From assembly GCA_000165345.1 (NCBI GenBank), contig CM000432.1:160001-224000 (forward strand): a DNA stretch of 64,000 bases. Direction: 5' to 3'. A program made the translations under genes and the position numbers. A model generated the notes under the pieces. The model saw nothing but the letters and a program-made list of their open reading frames with translations, ran no database searches and was not told where the DNA came from. Shown here in pieces: positions 10,601 to 19,438 of the stretch (its first letter is position 1; the number at the start of each line of letters is the position of its first letter).

Positions 10601-11893
10601 AATAACTTAAGAAATTTGAATGAAGAGGAACATGTTGATGAAAATCAATTAATATTGAAAATGGAAGCTGATATGGACTCTATTGGTAGCAACTTATCAA
10701 ACTCATTGTTCGTTTCAAGTAAAATGTTGATTGATGGTTGGCCTGAAGACTTTGAGAGAAGACTATTTGGAGAAATGGGGATAAATATTAACTCGGGACA
10801 TTTAAGATTTAAGAATGATACCAAGGAAATTAGTGGGAATGTTGAGAATTACAAACCAATTTCTGAGTTAGAGAATGATAAAAAAGGAAAATCTGATGAA
10901 GGAATTCAGAATCTATTTGATGCAGATTTGGAAACAGGAGTAGACTTTTATAATAACAATTATACTGGTAAAGAAACTTTGGGGATTGAGAATGAGATTT
11001 ATGAAGAACATTTCCCACATATTACCTTAAGCTTTAATCCTCCAATTTGTATTTTATATGCAAAATTATATTGGAAAGAAAATAAGTCTCCAGTATCTAC
11101 AATAGTATCTGTTAGATTAAGATCTAGAAATGTCTCAAAGCCCAGAATAAGAAATTTCAACCCAGTTGTTCATGAATGTTTTGGAAATCAAAAATCTGTA
11201 AATGAAAGTTATACTCAGGATAGAATTGACACAATTCAAATTATCCCTCCTGAGGAGATGGTAAACACATACCTTGGGAATCCATCGAACAGGTACCCTT
11301 ATATTTACAATTTTACCTTATCTTTTGCAGGTTCTTGTGGTGATTCAAGATTTATAGAAAGAAAAGACGAAGCTGCGCTATCATTAAAGGAAATTGAACT
11401 AATTCCATGCATTTCTAATGATTTAGTACTTTCTTACTCAGATCCTTTATCGGAAACCAATATATCTCTTGTTAATACAGAACATCTTCTAAAGAAGTCT
11501 CGGTTAAGAGAAAAATACTTGGAAATACAAAAGATTATTCTAGATAATCTTAGAAAAGATATAGAAAAGAATACTACCAACTTAAACTTAAGTAATATTT
11601 CTGTCAAATATAAGAAACCATTAAACGAAACTAATGTATACTTGGATCTTAATACAGTCTTATCAGAGGAATCAAAGTTAAGATCGTCGCATATTCCAAG
11701 CGTAAGGTTGCTAATTCAGGAAAATAGAAAGGAAATAAAATATTCAAGGAAATCTAGAAATCACAGAAGATTATTAGAGGATGATGCAGGGAAAAATTGG
11801 AGTCTTCTTTTTGCCTATGCTTTGCATTTATGGCTTAATCTAACAATAATATGGGTTTGGAACTTAATATATTTCTTAAAAAAGTTCAATTAA
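4601..11893 (+). CDS. Very large (2430 aa) predicted type-I membrane protein with an FN3-like domain; function unknown
   Basis: It is one uninterrupted ORF with an ATG start. There is an N-terminal hydrophobic signal-like segment (ILIFIIFGAESNIQ) and a single C-terminal transmembrane segment (LLFAYALHLWLNLTIIWVWNLIYFL) with only a 4-aa tail. A fibronectin-III-like segment lies around aa ~1560-1660 (PNEPRDFQFIPLTINSLKLSWNTPKSHGGSEIFDYLINL...YKAIVQARNKFGIGKPS). Confidence 0.6.
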   Translation: MVFKIIKYISTILIFIIFGAESNIQNDIENNDLITINTHLRNEISVFELIKFENQRFIPKNVNVEFYWDKFQVNDIYKRVCYFYSPKNTTKTPKNQHENNYSYSIGGFNLFQTAFSREPNSLKEVDIRMLEISKTLLRFFDYEYDLSRPTNDSSADINIWRHIRYNKMKLSNLIIPGRGSSRLYIKTETNLAYIGNYFGYLKVKYEDEVELKAVKLSISPSPLNLFILKENQVFEESNNKVIVIDFVLRNHLVFRNLNTFFQPKLEGFNENLCKIKNILQKESQIIEIRPGGLEKIQIICSIGRLKPELIKDLLLIQINSFWSSSSRYKTTYKYSEIVRHERKFNRGLFLSEFIMDYPISSEFFNFKIVGQREYSINYLKENETGIINFYNPFKTDFLSSQYWISLDLLQISEKVLNLRYIKIIIEVDSKLSDFLYVTFDNNIREKFYELDSITEMNSLLFLKINLGFNPQTLIDQVFVTNDRESMKLKIPIKVKLFENHKDISNDTNIFERIWIFNFDLESEADEYIIKNNLLENKIRQPRLIVRDLDENISLNILKIKNSKAKDSEEVEINFLENKENNFGLISKVSVLTMKNYDIGQLTLNFKKLINRKIFEIKQNNSAINNSIEDLPYFIEIGKNKRLQLATIASCGIVELNKNEIDFGIVPVSLFGNPKLIQKIEMKLRRFEAGRKCGKKFSVGFSVSINFNLRVTWKKNLYPSSSTRIIKINKKDIKLIKEYIYDFYIEDSEVFLLIVEPDFNSPVNVEHKQSTDISTQLEVYIPATMKKYYNNELRDTSEKLNLKNEFLTRNLFFSQFVKIACIIRGLHISAGTPQIRNALHSEIMSQELVKSGKLPISLFFIEIKNEEDFPVQYSLQRDFRLENKEREINKYFTENYTFYISYEKNANNKSEELINKFEEQFNIVENKTFSELISKESELFDNLAFNFPFKSLYLMNAIIILKFGLVCIFNGEVFTYQNSFCVKLLPTEIAESVGNLKISFGHIRMNIWQVLIRFRLENSNTELLTGLKFYETGRLDWKFYNFGNFPLDLEIFEKFVPVIFSNQNLDSAFKLKETIELGKIEKIIRISAVPWLEVSSEIPRTGYLLPKENRLITILVHNQILTSTSINSKFKELKCSYDLVFKGLTDIGETLDISDDPFSRMLLENDHELRQESNGMKSLFSLDWKIPNVVNDLGYGGGFVKKITLINSPTSKIEGNHSVLEYIQFIVEIQNPIICTKKERKTYTDEDESDSFSSDENDQQIEDVYTDRTNTSEDNFCTPFNNIEVVKGFRIIWYPYNNFSPTNYKSLEILIKDVPKFDFKTSSYSFESDKQEESEENSEISRIFTNYIKETDSQDSEYAYLLKIKYDFVLNQQYTFKFAITHHDNIKNSVFIPPFGFNVTAQNHSLRWLKSLNSVENGISQSSILKNFTKRICKGNVNVFSDNSMILNWDKEFLKIINTFSISYLESDTIEQVEEEEWQVKELFFDLIDNEEHSPNNKKLLFIRNSYKTDGIAKFFSEDINNGTSLFVKIQDLPSSLRIKILVEIQDNNSEKFQCISKTFQTNDGVPNEPRDFQFIPLTINSLKLSWNTPKSHGGSEIFDYLINLSPELVASPNEFKIENISIISDKLMIISDQIYPFVSYKAIVQARNKFGIGKPSIIHHISSRGVNSCISTGTYKLVINENSTRQITWKVENQENIDLKSVLIYLYCNKRGNFKNQFLIELLKASNICNFYFGKVICTWIENKEYILDLRCDSYSFKMINKTDKFVNGDFSCIGEFGTQKLRKLKGESNNNINLDHKIKVYHINSIDELNDIKQKREKLYYPRGYNPEWDNGLTKTILKMDIMGQNTSLIEIEVNYLHETENMNEIILNGTVENVFHNKYYYDLKQVKRMKSSTSMKNWSIFEERNHLDINNHKLGQEEQIELVILNLIPEMTILISIRELNGNNEEVSISRHVLRIPNKTKKIELLNRKLLSLGILKVQLDDHFITQGEFSGKRSGNGNNLRNLNEEEHVDENQLILKMEADMDSIGSNLSNSLFVSSKMLIDGWPEDFERRLFGEMGININSGHLRFKNDTKEISGNVENYKPISELENDKKGKSDEGIQNLFDADLETGVDFYNNNYTGKETLGIENEIYEEHFPHITLSFNPPICILYAKLYWKENKSPVSTIVSVRLRSRNVSKPRIRNFNPVVHECFGNQKSVNESYTQDRIDTIQIIPPEEMVNTYLGNPSNRYPYIYNFTLSFAGSCGDSRFIERKDEAALSLKEIELIPCISNDLVLSYSDPLSETNISLVNTEHLLKKSRLREKYLEIQKIILDNLRKDIEKNTTNLNLSNISVKYKKPLNETNVYLDLNTVLSEESKLRSSHIPSVRLLIQENRKEIKYSRKSRNHRRLLEDDAGKNWSLLFAYALHLWLNLTIIWVWNLIYFLKKFN

Positions 11894-12024
11894 AATACAT
11901 TGAATTAATACTAAGCAGAACACATCTGAAAAAGGATCATTATTAGCAAATTTTTCTCATATTCATCCTTCTTTTTGATCATTCAAACTTATGAAGAACC
12001 TAGCCCGTAATAATTTAAATGTTT

Positions 12025-12036
12025 TTTGGCGGGAAA
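12025..12036. promoter_or_regulatory. E2F-like TTTGGCGGGAAA motif ~110 bp upstream of the TAF1-like gene
   Basis: The match tttggcgggaaa is exact. The same core (GGCGGGAAA or its reverse complement TTTCCCGCC, and variants GCCGCCAAA and GGCGCCA) recurs in most 5' intergenic regions. Examples are 2760-2766, 4271-4282, 19264-19288, 34397-34409, 35472-35483, 36876-36886, 41281-41305, 44709-44721, 44941-44950, 46250-46257, 51246-51260, 57271-57280, 59491-59500, 59771-59780 and 60198-60210. Confidence 0.5.
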
Positions 12037-12146
12037 GTGGGTACTACATATTGAAATATATTACGAATCATTAAATGAAAAAAAGTAATAAAAGTCTTTT
12101 CTTCTTTAAAGGTATAGAAAGAAGGAGATTTATGTTGTGATGAATT

Positions 12147-15100
12147 ATGAAAACGAATAGTTTTCATAGTGAGGAGGGTTTTTTTGGATTTTTGGGACAG
12201 ATGAATAAGAGTTTTGTGGGAGAGTTATGCTTGGAAGAATTAACAGAATCTGAAGAATCAGAAATTGAAGACACTGAAGTAATCAAAAATGAGGATGTAT
12301 TGAAACTAAGAGAATTAGAGACATTAAGAAGCATTCCTGTTTCAATTAAGCTTCCAAGTGATATTAATAATGATGGCTCGGAGGATGAATTGCTCTGTAA
12401 GAAGGAGAATAAAGCAAGGACAGAAGTAGCTCCAGGTTCCAATATTAAGGTAAATAGAGGTAGAGGAGGAAGTTCGAATTTGAATGGAATTAGTTTGGAA
12501 ACAATTGATACTGATGTGGAAAATGACTCAATTAAAGTAGAAATTTCTGAAAAGTTGTTAGAGCCAATGAGTAGAATTAGATCTGGTAATACTCAAGAAG
12601 GAGGTATATTTTGGGGGGAAAAAGATGAAAAGGATGAAAATTATGAAGATATGGGTTCAATTGATTCTGGATATTCGATTTTCGGGATTACTAGGCCCTT
12701 TACTAGTAATCTTTTAAAGGTAACTATGGAGGATGGAGATAGCGACAACGACTCTGAGGACGAATTGGAATACTTTCAAATGTCAGACAGTGAGAAGTTA
12801 ATGTTTAAGGTTAGATCTAAAATCAAGGGCGATCATTTTTTGGATGAGATATCCAACAAGATTTCAATATTTCCTTCGGATGAAAATAGTGCTCAAGGCG
12901 AATCTACTGAATTCTTTATACACATTGATACAAAGGATCCTGGTTTTTCAAAAAATTTAGGAGGAATATCTAAGGAGCTTAAGGAAAAGCTGGGATTAGA
13001 TAATTCATCAAAGAGTAATCTTGGAGTGGATTTGTTAGGAATTACGGACTCAATCACAAGAAATCAAGAAGTTAACACTATTGGATTAGGCGGAAAGGAA
13101 CAAGATCATAGTAAGGGAGAAGCTCAGCAGTCCTCCTCAGGAGGAGGTAGTGGCAATAATTGTAATACTGGTGGTAGCAGTAGCAGCAAACCTTTGAGCA
13201 AGGCACAACAAGAACGTCAAAGACGACAGAAAATGAAGAAAATAGATAAGCAAAAGCGTTTAGAGCTTGCAATTTTGGGAATGAATCCTTTAGATTACGA
13301 AGGTGGTATTAGAAATCCCGACAAAGTACTTGATGAAAATCAGGATTTGGTTGATATGAAGGATGGAGAGGATGGAAAAGTAGGAGAAAGCTCGGTTGGA
13401 GGTTCTTCATCTTATAATAGTGGAATAGCTGCCTTGGCTTCGTCCATATTAATGTCCAATATGCCTCAGAAGGATCGTATTTTTGGTTTAAAGCTTCGGG
13501 AAATGTCTTTGGATGATTCGTGTCTGTTTTCCATTCGTCAGTTTCTTCACTTGGTTCCGAGACTGTTTGATGGAAAATCATATGATGAGATTGATAATCT
13601 TTTTGAGGAGATACGGACTTCTATCGCTTCTTCTGGATCAAAGAATGAGAAACAAAGATCAAAACAAACATTTAAAAGTAGGAATGAATGGCAAAATCTA
13701 TTGATAAAGTGGCTTACTTATGTTGTTAAGTTCTCAGAAAGAAATGGAATTTCAATGTATGAATCTTGGGCAGAGAGTAATCGTCAATATCATGAAAGCA
13801 GAGTCTTACTAAATAGTTTGGGAAGTGGTTATGGTGAAGACGGGGGAGCTAATGGAGGAGATCAAATTGGAGGTGGAAATTCCTTACCTCCAATATCCTC
13901 TCTCCACACTCCCTTGGCATGGTCTTTTTATTTAGTTAGTGGAAATATGCTTCCAATCGATGGAGTTAGATTCCACAAATCAGATTTCAGAATGGGAATT
14001 TTTGAATCATTTTCATCAAAAACCAACCTAATTTATACATATTCGTCCAATTGGTTCGCCTCTCTAGTGAATTCTAAGAGTGTGAGATCTGAGTCAGGGT
14101 TTGAACCTTTTGGTCCTTGGTTGGTTACCCCTTTATTTCTTGGAGCTAAAGGGGGAGGAGGATCACAAGGACATTCTTCGACTCCTCAGCTTCTTCACAG
14201 ATATTTCCAAAGACAAAGAGAGTTCAAGGACATTCCTTCCAGCATCAATTCATCTATTTGTTTTGTTTCACCAGATGATTTATCTTTAATTCACCAGACT
14301 CCTGTTGCACTTTTTGAATATTTGGAGCAGTATCCACTTTTGCTAAATAATTTAGGAATGGCTGCTAGAATTCATAGATATGTAAGATGCGAGGATGATT
14401 CAAATCGAAAACAGATTGAAGATTTACTTTCAGAGTGTGGTCCTTTGGGATTTGTTCAAAAGGTTCAGGAAGATGCTAAAACCAGCGGATCCTCAACTTC
14501 ATCTCAATCTGGGACTTTCCCAAAGTTCTTTGGAGTGAACTATCCACTTGAAGAAAATGAGTCAATGGCAGTTTTAGAAACTGGTCTATTTAAAGCTCCA
14601 ATATACCATCATCCCAGAAGGCAAAGAAATCTCCAGGTTGGAGAAAATACTAATATGGAGGATGGAGGAGAGGCTTCCTTTATCAAAGATGATGAGGATG
14701 AGGAGGAGCGAGACAGAAGTGGGAAGGGGAAGTTTTCTGCATACTTTTTGTTGATAAGAAAGCAGATTCAACAAGGATCTTCAAAATGTGGGCTTTATTT
14801 AAGGCCTTTGTCTGGAGATTGTTTAACTTGTTTATATTCCGTTGGACAGGAAGAACCTCTGGTTGAAGTACCTTGTGTGGATAGTAAAAGCTTTTCCAAT
14901 CTAAGAAGGGATCAGTTGAAAGCTCTGGTGTTAAGGTATGCGAAGGAAAATGGGAAAGATACATTTAATGAGGTGAGAAAATTGAGTCAAAAAATGTTTA
15001 GAAATACTTTTGACCAAAATACTCTACAGAAGATTTTAATGTCTTGCAAGGAAACCAAGGAAAGTAGTGGAAGTGATTCCATTTCTGGAATAGGAGTTGG

Positions 15101-18044
15101 AGGATCCTCTGGAGCAGGAGGGCCTTCTTTGAGTTCTAACGGTAGCCATTCGAGTTTGCTTGGAGGAATTGGGGGAGGAGTTGTAGTAGGAACTGGGATT
15201 GGAGGCAGTAGCAGCCAATCAAGCATTCAGGTAGGAGGTGGAGGAGGATCAGGAGGTGGAGGAGTTCTGATCAAACAACTTAATGAATCGGAGCTGAGAC
15301 AAATAATTAATCCAGAATCTCTCTGTGCCTTAGATAGCTCTGTTTCAGGGGATATGAGACTTAAACAAATTGGAGTAAGGTCTTTAAGACACTTCTCGAA
15401 GATTCCTATTGTAGTAAGCGAGCTGGATCAGATGGAGGAGATTGCAAAACAGTATGCAGAACAAGCTAGAAAGAAGACTAACAGTCTGATAGAGAAAGCT
15501 AAAGAGACGGAAACCTGGAGTAAAGACTCTTCTATGGGTAAATCTTGTAAGTACTCATCCCTACTGAGCTTAATCAATGAGGTAAGTACTGGATTAATAA
15601 ACTCAAATGGAAGAAGGCTTACTCCTGTTGCTCGGTATATTGAAGAGTCACTTTTACTTTCTCCTTGGAACATTACACAAGAATATGGACAAGTAATGAG
15701 ACATCAGAATGGCCAATTTAGTATTGCAGGTATCGGAGATCCAAGTGGAGGAAGAGGAGAAGGTGTAAACTTTATAAGGAGAGGACTCATAGATTCTGCA
15801 ATAGAGTCTAGAAGTCAGAAAGCCTTGGCGGGGAAGAGTGAGGACCTTAGAAAGCTTTCAATGGATCAACTTAGACAAAGGCTTCTTCAATGTGGATTTG
15901 ATGATGTAGCAATTATTCCTCTCCCTAGATGGGATAGAGTAGCATTGGTTAGACATTTTGATACCAGCGGAGGAAATTCCAATGGGAAATCTGGAAGTGG
16001 GTCATCCTCAAACAGTATGCTTCAAAACAAAGCTTTATCTTCTGAGGAGTATCAAAGAGCTATAGTCAATGTATTAGTTAATCAAAAGAATGCTTTAAGT
16101 CCAGATGATCCAATAATGACCGATGATGAGGAGGAGGAAGAGGAGAGAAGAGGAGATGGCAGAGACGACGAATTAAGAGTAGAGGATGAAGGAGAAGTTG
16201 AAATGGAACTGGATATTTTATCTGAAAACACACCCAATAAGAGCGAGACTGAAGGTTCTAGAGGAGAGTTAAAACCTTCACAGGATGTTGATATGCTTGA
16301 ATCAATGTTGATTGACAGCTCCAATTCAAGATCGGATCTAGTAGTTTCACAAGACTCAAGTCCGAACCGAGATTTAGATGACTCAGGATCTGATCTGGAT
16401 GAAGATCTTGATCTTGAAGAATCCTTTATTTCCTCACTAGTTAAGTCTAATGACAATAACAACGAAAGTAACGAAAGAATTTCTGGGAAATATGAAGGAG
16501 ACAATGGTAACTATGATAATAGTAATTTAACAAGTGGAGATTATTCTAATAGTAAAGTTAAACATATGAAACAAAGCAAACTTTATGATCAGTTATACGG
16601 GAATTCAAACGATGATACTGGTAGAGATGAAGAGGATGAAAAAGACTTGGAAGAGTTTAGAAGAATGATTTCTAAGAGTACTCCTCAGGATGGTATAGAT
16701 CAAGAACTTGATGGAAGTGGAATGGATTGGAGGAATCAAAACTCACAAGAGGATTCTTCCTCTTCAAGTCAGGAATATGTTCCTAGAATAGCTTGGATAC
16801 GTGTTAGACGTAATATGAATACTTGGCAATATGAAGATGAAAAAGTTGTTTATATATATGGGGAAGAGAATATTAGATACTTCCTTTACTGGAGAAGGAT
16901 GAGAATGCAACTTAAAAGAGAGGAAAGACGTCAACTGAATCCCACAGGAGTTCCAGGAGTTTTGGGAAGAGCTAGCAGAACTTGTAGAAGATGTGGACAA
17001 GTTGGACACATTGCTTCAAATCCAATGTGTCCTTATTATGAGGGTAACAAGAGTAGTTCAGGAACAAGTAGGTATCAAAATGCAATTTCTCAGTCTAGAA
17101 AGAAGAATATGTTATTGCCAAAAGGCCTTGAGATTGGAGGAGGTATAGCTTCATGTAAATTGTCAGCTTCTGAAGAAGAAAGCACAATTGCAAATCTTTT
17201 GGGGATGGGGTACTCTCAAACAAATAATTGTGATATTAAACAGTTAGTAACTTTGGACAACGTGGTTCAGTCTGTAAGAGTTGGAAAACGAGGAAGGCCA
17301 CCTTCAAATCCTACATCTAACTCAAGGGGAGATACAGGATTGAGTAGTTCATCAATTGGGAATACCCAACTGAGTTCATCAAGTTTAGGAAACTTTGAAG
17401 ATTCTACTGAGACTCAAACAAATACACAAGCTGGTGTAGGAACGGGATCTTCAGTTCAATTCTCAAGGCTTTCTGCAAGACAAAGAAGAAAGATGATGGA
17501 TAATGATGATAAGAGCTCAGTTGTAAGCTTTACCAGTACTGCTTTAAATGGTGGCTCCCAGACATGTAACTTTAATAATGCTCTAAATCCTTCAAACGGA
17601 GGAGCTGGCTTACATATTTCAAATAACTTGGATGGATCCCATAACGTAATTAATGCAGGACCTAATATTACCTCCTACACTGAAGCTTTAGATGAATTTT
17701 GTATTGAACTTCAAAGAATTATTAATAGTACAAAAACTCTTCATCACTATTCACATGTATTTTGGAATAGGGTTAGTGAAAGAATTGCACCAAATTATTA
17801 TAATTTAGTTAAAAGGCCAATGTGGCTTCAATTAATGATAAATAAATGCAAAAAAAGGGAATACAAATCTAGAAAAGATTTCCAAGATGACTTGGACTTA
17901 ATAGTTGAGAACTGCAAGATTTATAATGGGGTAAATCATCCTCTTGTATCTGTTGCAACCTTAATACATTCAAATGTTGTAAAAAAGATTGATGAGATTC
18001 AAGGAATTGAAAAGATTGAAGCTTATTTATCACTAAAACCCTAG
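12147..18044 (+). CDS. TAF1-like TFIID subunit (zinc knuckle plus C-terminal bromodomain), 1965 aa with extensive low-complexity sequence
   Basis: A CCHC zinc knuckle (CRRCGQVGHIASNPMCPYY) resembles the TAF1 DUF3591 knuckle (CGACGAIGHMRTNKFCPLY). The C-terminal bromodomain is HYSHVFWNRVSERIAPNYYNLVKRPMWLQLMINKCKKREYKSRKDFQDDLDLIVENCKIYNG. The protein also has G/S-rich and acidic tracts. The start is an ATG at 12147. Confidence 0.55.
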   Translation: MKTNSFHSEEGFFGFLGQMNKSFVGELCLEELTESEESEIEDTEVIKNEDVLKLRELETLRSIPVSIKLPSDINNDGSEDELLCKKENKARTEVAPGSNIKVNRGRGGSSNLNGISLETIDTDVENDSIKVEISEKLLEPMSRIRSGNTQEGGIFWGEKDEKDENYEDMGSIDSGYSIFGITRPFTSNLLKVTMEDGDSDNDSEDELEYFQMSDSEKLMFKVRSKIKGDHFLDEISNKISIFPSDENSAQGESTEFFIHIDTKDPGFSKNLGGISKELKEKLGLDNSSKSNLGVDLLGITDSITRNQEVNTIGLGGKEQDHSKGEAQQSSSGGGSGNNCNTGGSSSSKPLSKAQQERQRRQKMKKIDKQKRLELAILGMNPLDYEGGIRNPDKVLDENQDLVDMKDGEDGKVGESSVGGSSSYNSGIAALASSILMSNMPQKDRIFGLKLREMSLDDSCLFSIRQFLHLVPRLFDGKSYDEIDNLFEEIRTSIASSGSKNEKQRSKQTFKSRNEWQNLLIKWLTYVVKFSERNGISMYESWAESNRQYHESRVLLNSLGSGYGEDGGANGGDQIGGGNSLPPISSLHTPLAWSFYLVSGNMLPIDGVRFHKSDFRMGIFESFSSKTNLIYTYSSNWFASLVNSKSVRSESGFEPFGPWLVTPLFLGAKGGGGSQGHSSTPQLLHRYFQRQREFKDIPSSINSSICFVSPDDLSLIHQTPVALFEYLEQYPLLLNNLGMAARIHRYVRCEDDSNRKQIEDLLSECGPLGFVQKVQEDAKTSGSSTSSQSGTFPKFFGVNYPLEENESMAVLETGLFKAPIYHHPRRQRNLQVGENTNMEDGGEASFIKDDEDEEERDRSGKGKFSAYFLLIRKQIQQGSSKCGLYLRPLSGDCLTCLYSVGQEEPLVEVPCVDSKSFSNLRRDQLKALVLRYAKENGKDTFNEVRKLSQKMFRNTFDQNTLQKILMSCKETKESSGSDSISGIGVGGSSGAGGPSLSSNGSHSSLLGGIGGGVVVGTGIGGSSSQSSIQVGGGGGSGGGGVLIKQLNESELRQIINPESLCALDSSVSGDMRLKQIGVRSLRHFSKIPIVVSELDQMEEIAKQYAEQARKKTNSLIEKAKETETWSKDSSMGKSCKYSSLLSLINEVSTGLINSNGRRLTPVARYIEESLLLSPWNITQEYGQVMRHQNGQFSIAGIGDPSGGRGEGVNFIRRGLIDSAIESRSQKALAGKSEDLRKLSMDQLRQRLLQCGFDDVAIIPLPRWDRVALVRHFDTSGGNSNGKSGSGSSSNSMLQNKALSSEEYQRAIVNVLVNQKNALSPDDPIMTDDEEEEEERRGDGRDDELRVEDEGEVEMELDILSENTPNKSETEGSRGELKPSQDVDMLESMLIDSSNSRSDLVVSQDSSPNRDLDDSGSDLDEDLDLEESFISSLVKSNDNNNESNERISGKYEGDNGNYDNSNLTSGDYSNSKVKHMKQSKLYDQLYGNSNDDTGRDEEDEKDLEEFRRMISKSTPQDGIDQELDGSGMDWRNQNSQEDSSSSSQEYVPRIAWIRVRRNMNTWQYEDEKVVYIYGEENIRYFLYWRRMRMQLKREERRQLNPTGVPGVLGRASRTCRRCGQVGHIASNPMCPYYEGNKSSSGTSRYQNAISQSRKKNMLLPKGLEIGGGIASCKLSASEEESTIANLLGMGYSQTNNCDIKQLVTLDNVVQSVRVGKRGRPPSNPTSNSRGDTGLSSSSIGNTQLSSSSLGNFEDSTETQTNTQAGVGTGSSVQFSRLSARQRRKMMDNDDKSSVVSFTSTALNGGSQTCNFNNALNPSNGGAGLHISNNLDGSHNVINAGPNITSYTEALDEFCIELQRIINSTKTLHHYSHVFWNRVSERIAPNYYNLVKRPMWLQLMINKCKKREYKSRKDFQDDLDLIVENCKIYNGVNHPLVSVATLIHSNVVKKIDEIQGIEKIEAYLSLKP

Positions 18045-18486
18045 TCAGGTTTATCTGGCTATTAATTATTTATTAATTAGTTTTATTATATATTAAGGTA
18101 TTAATTCATTATTTATGAAAATAGAAAGAAAAATTGGCTTATGCATGCAAATATTATTAATTATTTTTTCCAGGGTTAAGATATTTCAACCTGCAAGGTA
18201 AAATTGATTTTTAAGGTAATCCGACAGGAAGCAATTCTATGAAAATTTGTAAGAAAAATCTAAATAAGACAGAAATTCTATAGTTTCTAGTAGTAAAAAT
18301 ATAAATTGATTATTTATTAATCTATTTTGATTTAATAAAGTAAGCAAGTAATTATTTTTTTTATTAAAGCCACAAGTACCTAAATATAAATGCTATAATT
18401 GAGTTACCTTTAAAGCTTAAGTAATAGACTTTAGGAATGATTTCTTTACTTATTTTTTTTATTTGAATTGTTCTATTTGATCTTTT

Positions 18487-19029
18487 TTACAATAAATCAG
18501 CTTCTTCTCTCAAGTATTCACCCACATCAGTTTGATGATAAACCGCAATAGTTTCTGGATCAGCATTCTTCATGTCAGCAGAACTCTTTGCTAAGACACC
18601 AAATCCCAATGGTAGCTCATCCATTGAATATACTACAACTCCAACGTTATTACTTAGACCATCAGTCATTCTACTAATATGCCTTTTGATTACATGATTT
18701 CCATAAATATAGCTCTGTTCACCTCCTGGTTTTACCCATACCTTATTTGGAGTCAGTCTTGCTATATACTGTAAAGAAGTTATTCCTAATCTGAATTTAT
18801 TATTCTTAGAAAATTTGCCTAAGCATGTTCCCATACTTAATAAACTTTTTTTTGGAACAATACTTGCTGCTTTTGCTAAAGTTTCACTCATATAGAATAC
18901 ATTTCCCTTATGTAATCTAAAAACATAACTTTCATCTTCCCTCTCTAATAATGACAACAAGTTATTGCCCAAATAATTACTTAGCTTTTCAAACAATATC
19001 TTTGTTTCTTCTTCTGTTAATGGTCTCAT
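18487..19029 (-). CDS. NIP7: 60S ribosome biogenesis protein NIP7 (PUA domain)
   Basis: MRPLTEEETKILFEKLSNYLGNN...SLGTCLGKFSKNNKFRLGITSLQYIA...VWVKPGGEQSYIYGNHVIK...VVVYSMDELPLGFGVLAKS...DVGEYLREE is collinear with eukaryotic NIP7. The track start at 19035 is a GTG, and the true ATG (MRPL) is at 19029. Confidence 0.85.
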   Translation of the reverse strand: MRPLTEEETKILFEKLSNYLGNNLLSLLEREDESYVFRLHKGNVFYMSETLAKAASIVPKKSLLSMGTCLGKFSKNNKFRLGITSLQYIARLTPNKVWVKPGGEQSYIYGNHVIKRHISRMTDGLSNNVGVVVYSMDELPLGFGVLAKSSADMKNADPETIAVYHQTDVGEYLREEADLL

Positions 19030-19438
19030 TTTCACCTTTTATTATATTATTATTATTATTCCTTTAGTGCAATTAACTCTTAATATTTACTTGCTTCAGT
19101 CCTTCTCTAAATGATCTACTTACTTCCTTGTATAAAAATCCAGATTTTTCTTTAAACAAAGAGGATGAATTTCTCAAATTCAAATTATCCCTGTTTTCTT
19201 TAACTTGGACCATATATAATTTTAGTCTCGTAAAAAATGACATTCGGCAATGGCGCCATAACGAACGGGCGCGCCTTTATGGCCGGTATAGCATGTATTT
19301 TTATAATGGCAAATGTTAATCATTTTGACTTTTTAATGTTAGTAAATCACAAATTTTTTTTAACTAATTAGAGAATTATTATTATTACTGTTATTCTTAT
19401 TATTATTATTAGTTTTTCTCCATCAATACTCTCTATAG

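Noticed and set aside
19037-19438. Possible extra gene between NIP7 and the COWP-like gene (ORF 19128..19319)
   Set aside because: The 63-aa ORF overlaps the TGGCGCCA...GGGCGCGCC promoter island and has no domain or splice continuation, so I treat it as NIP7 promoter sequence.
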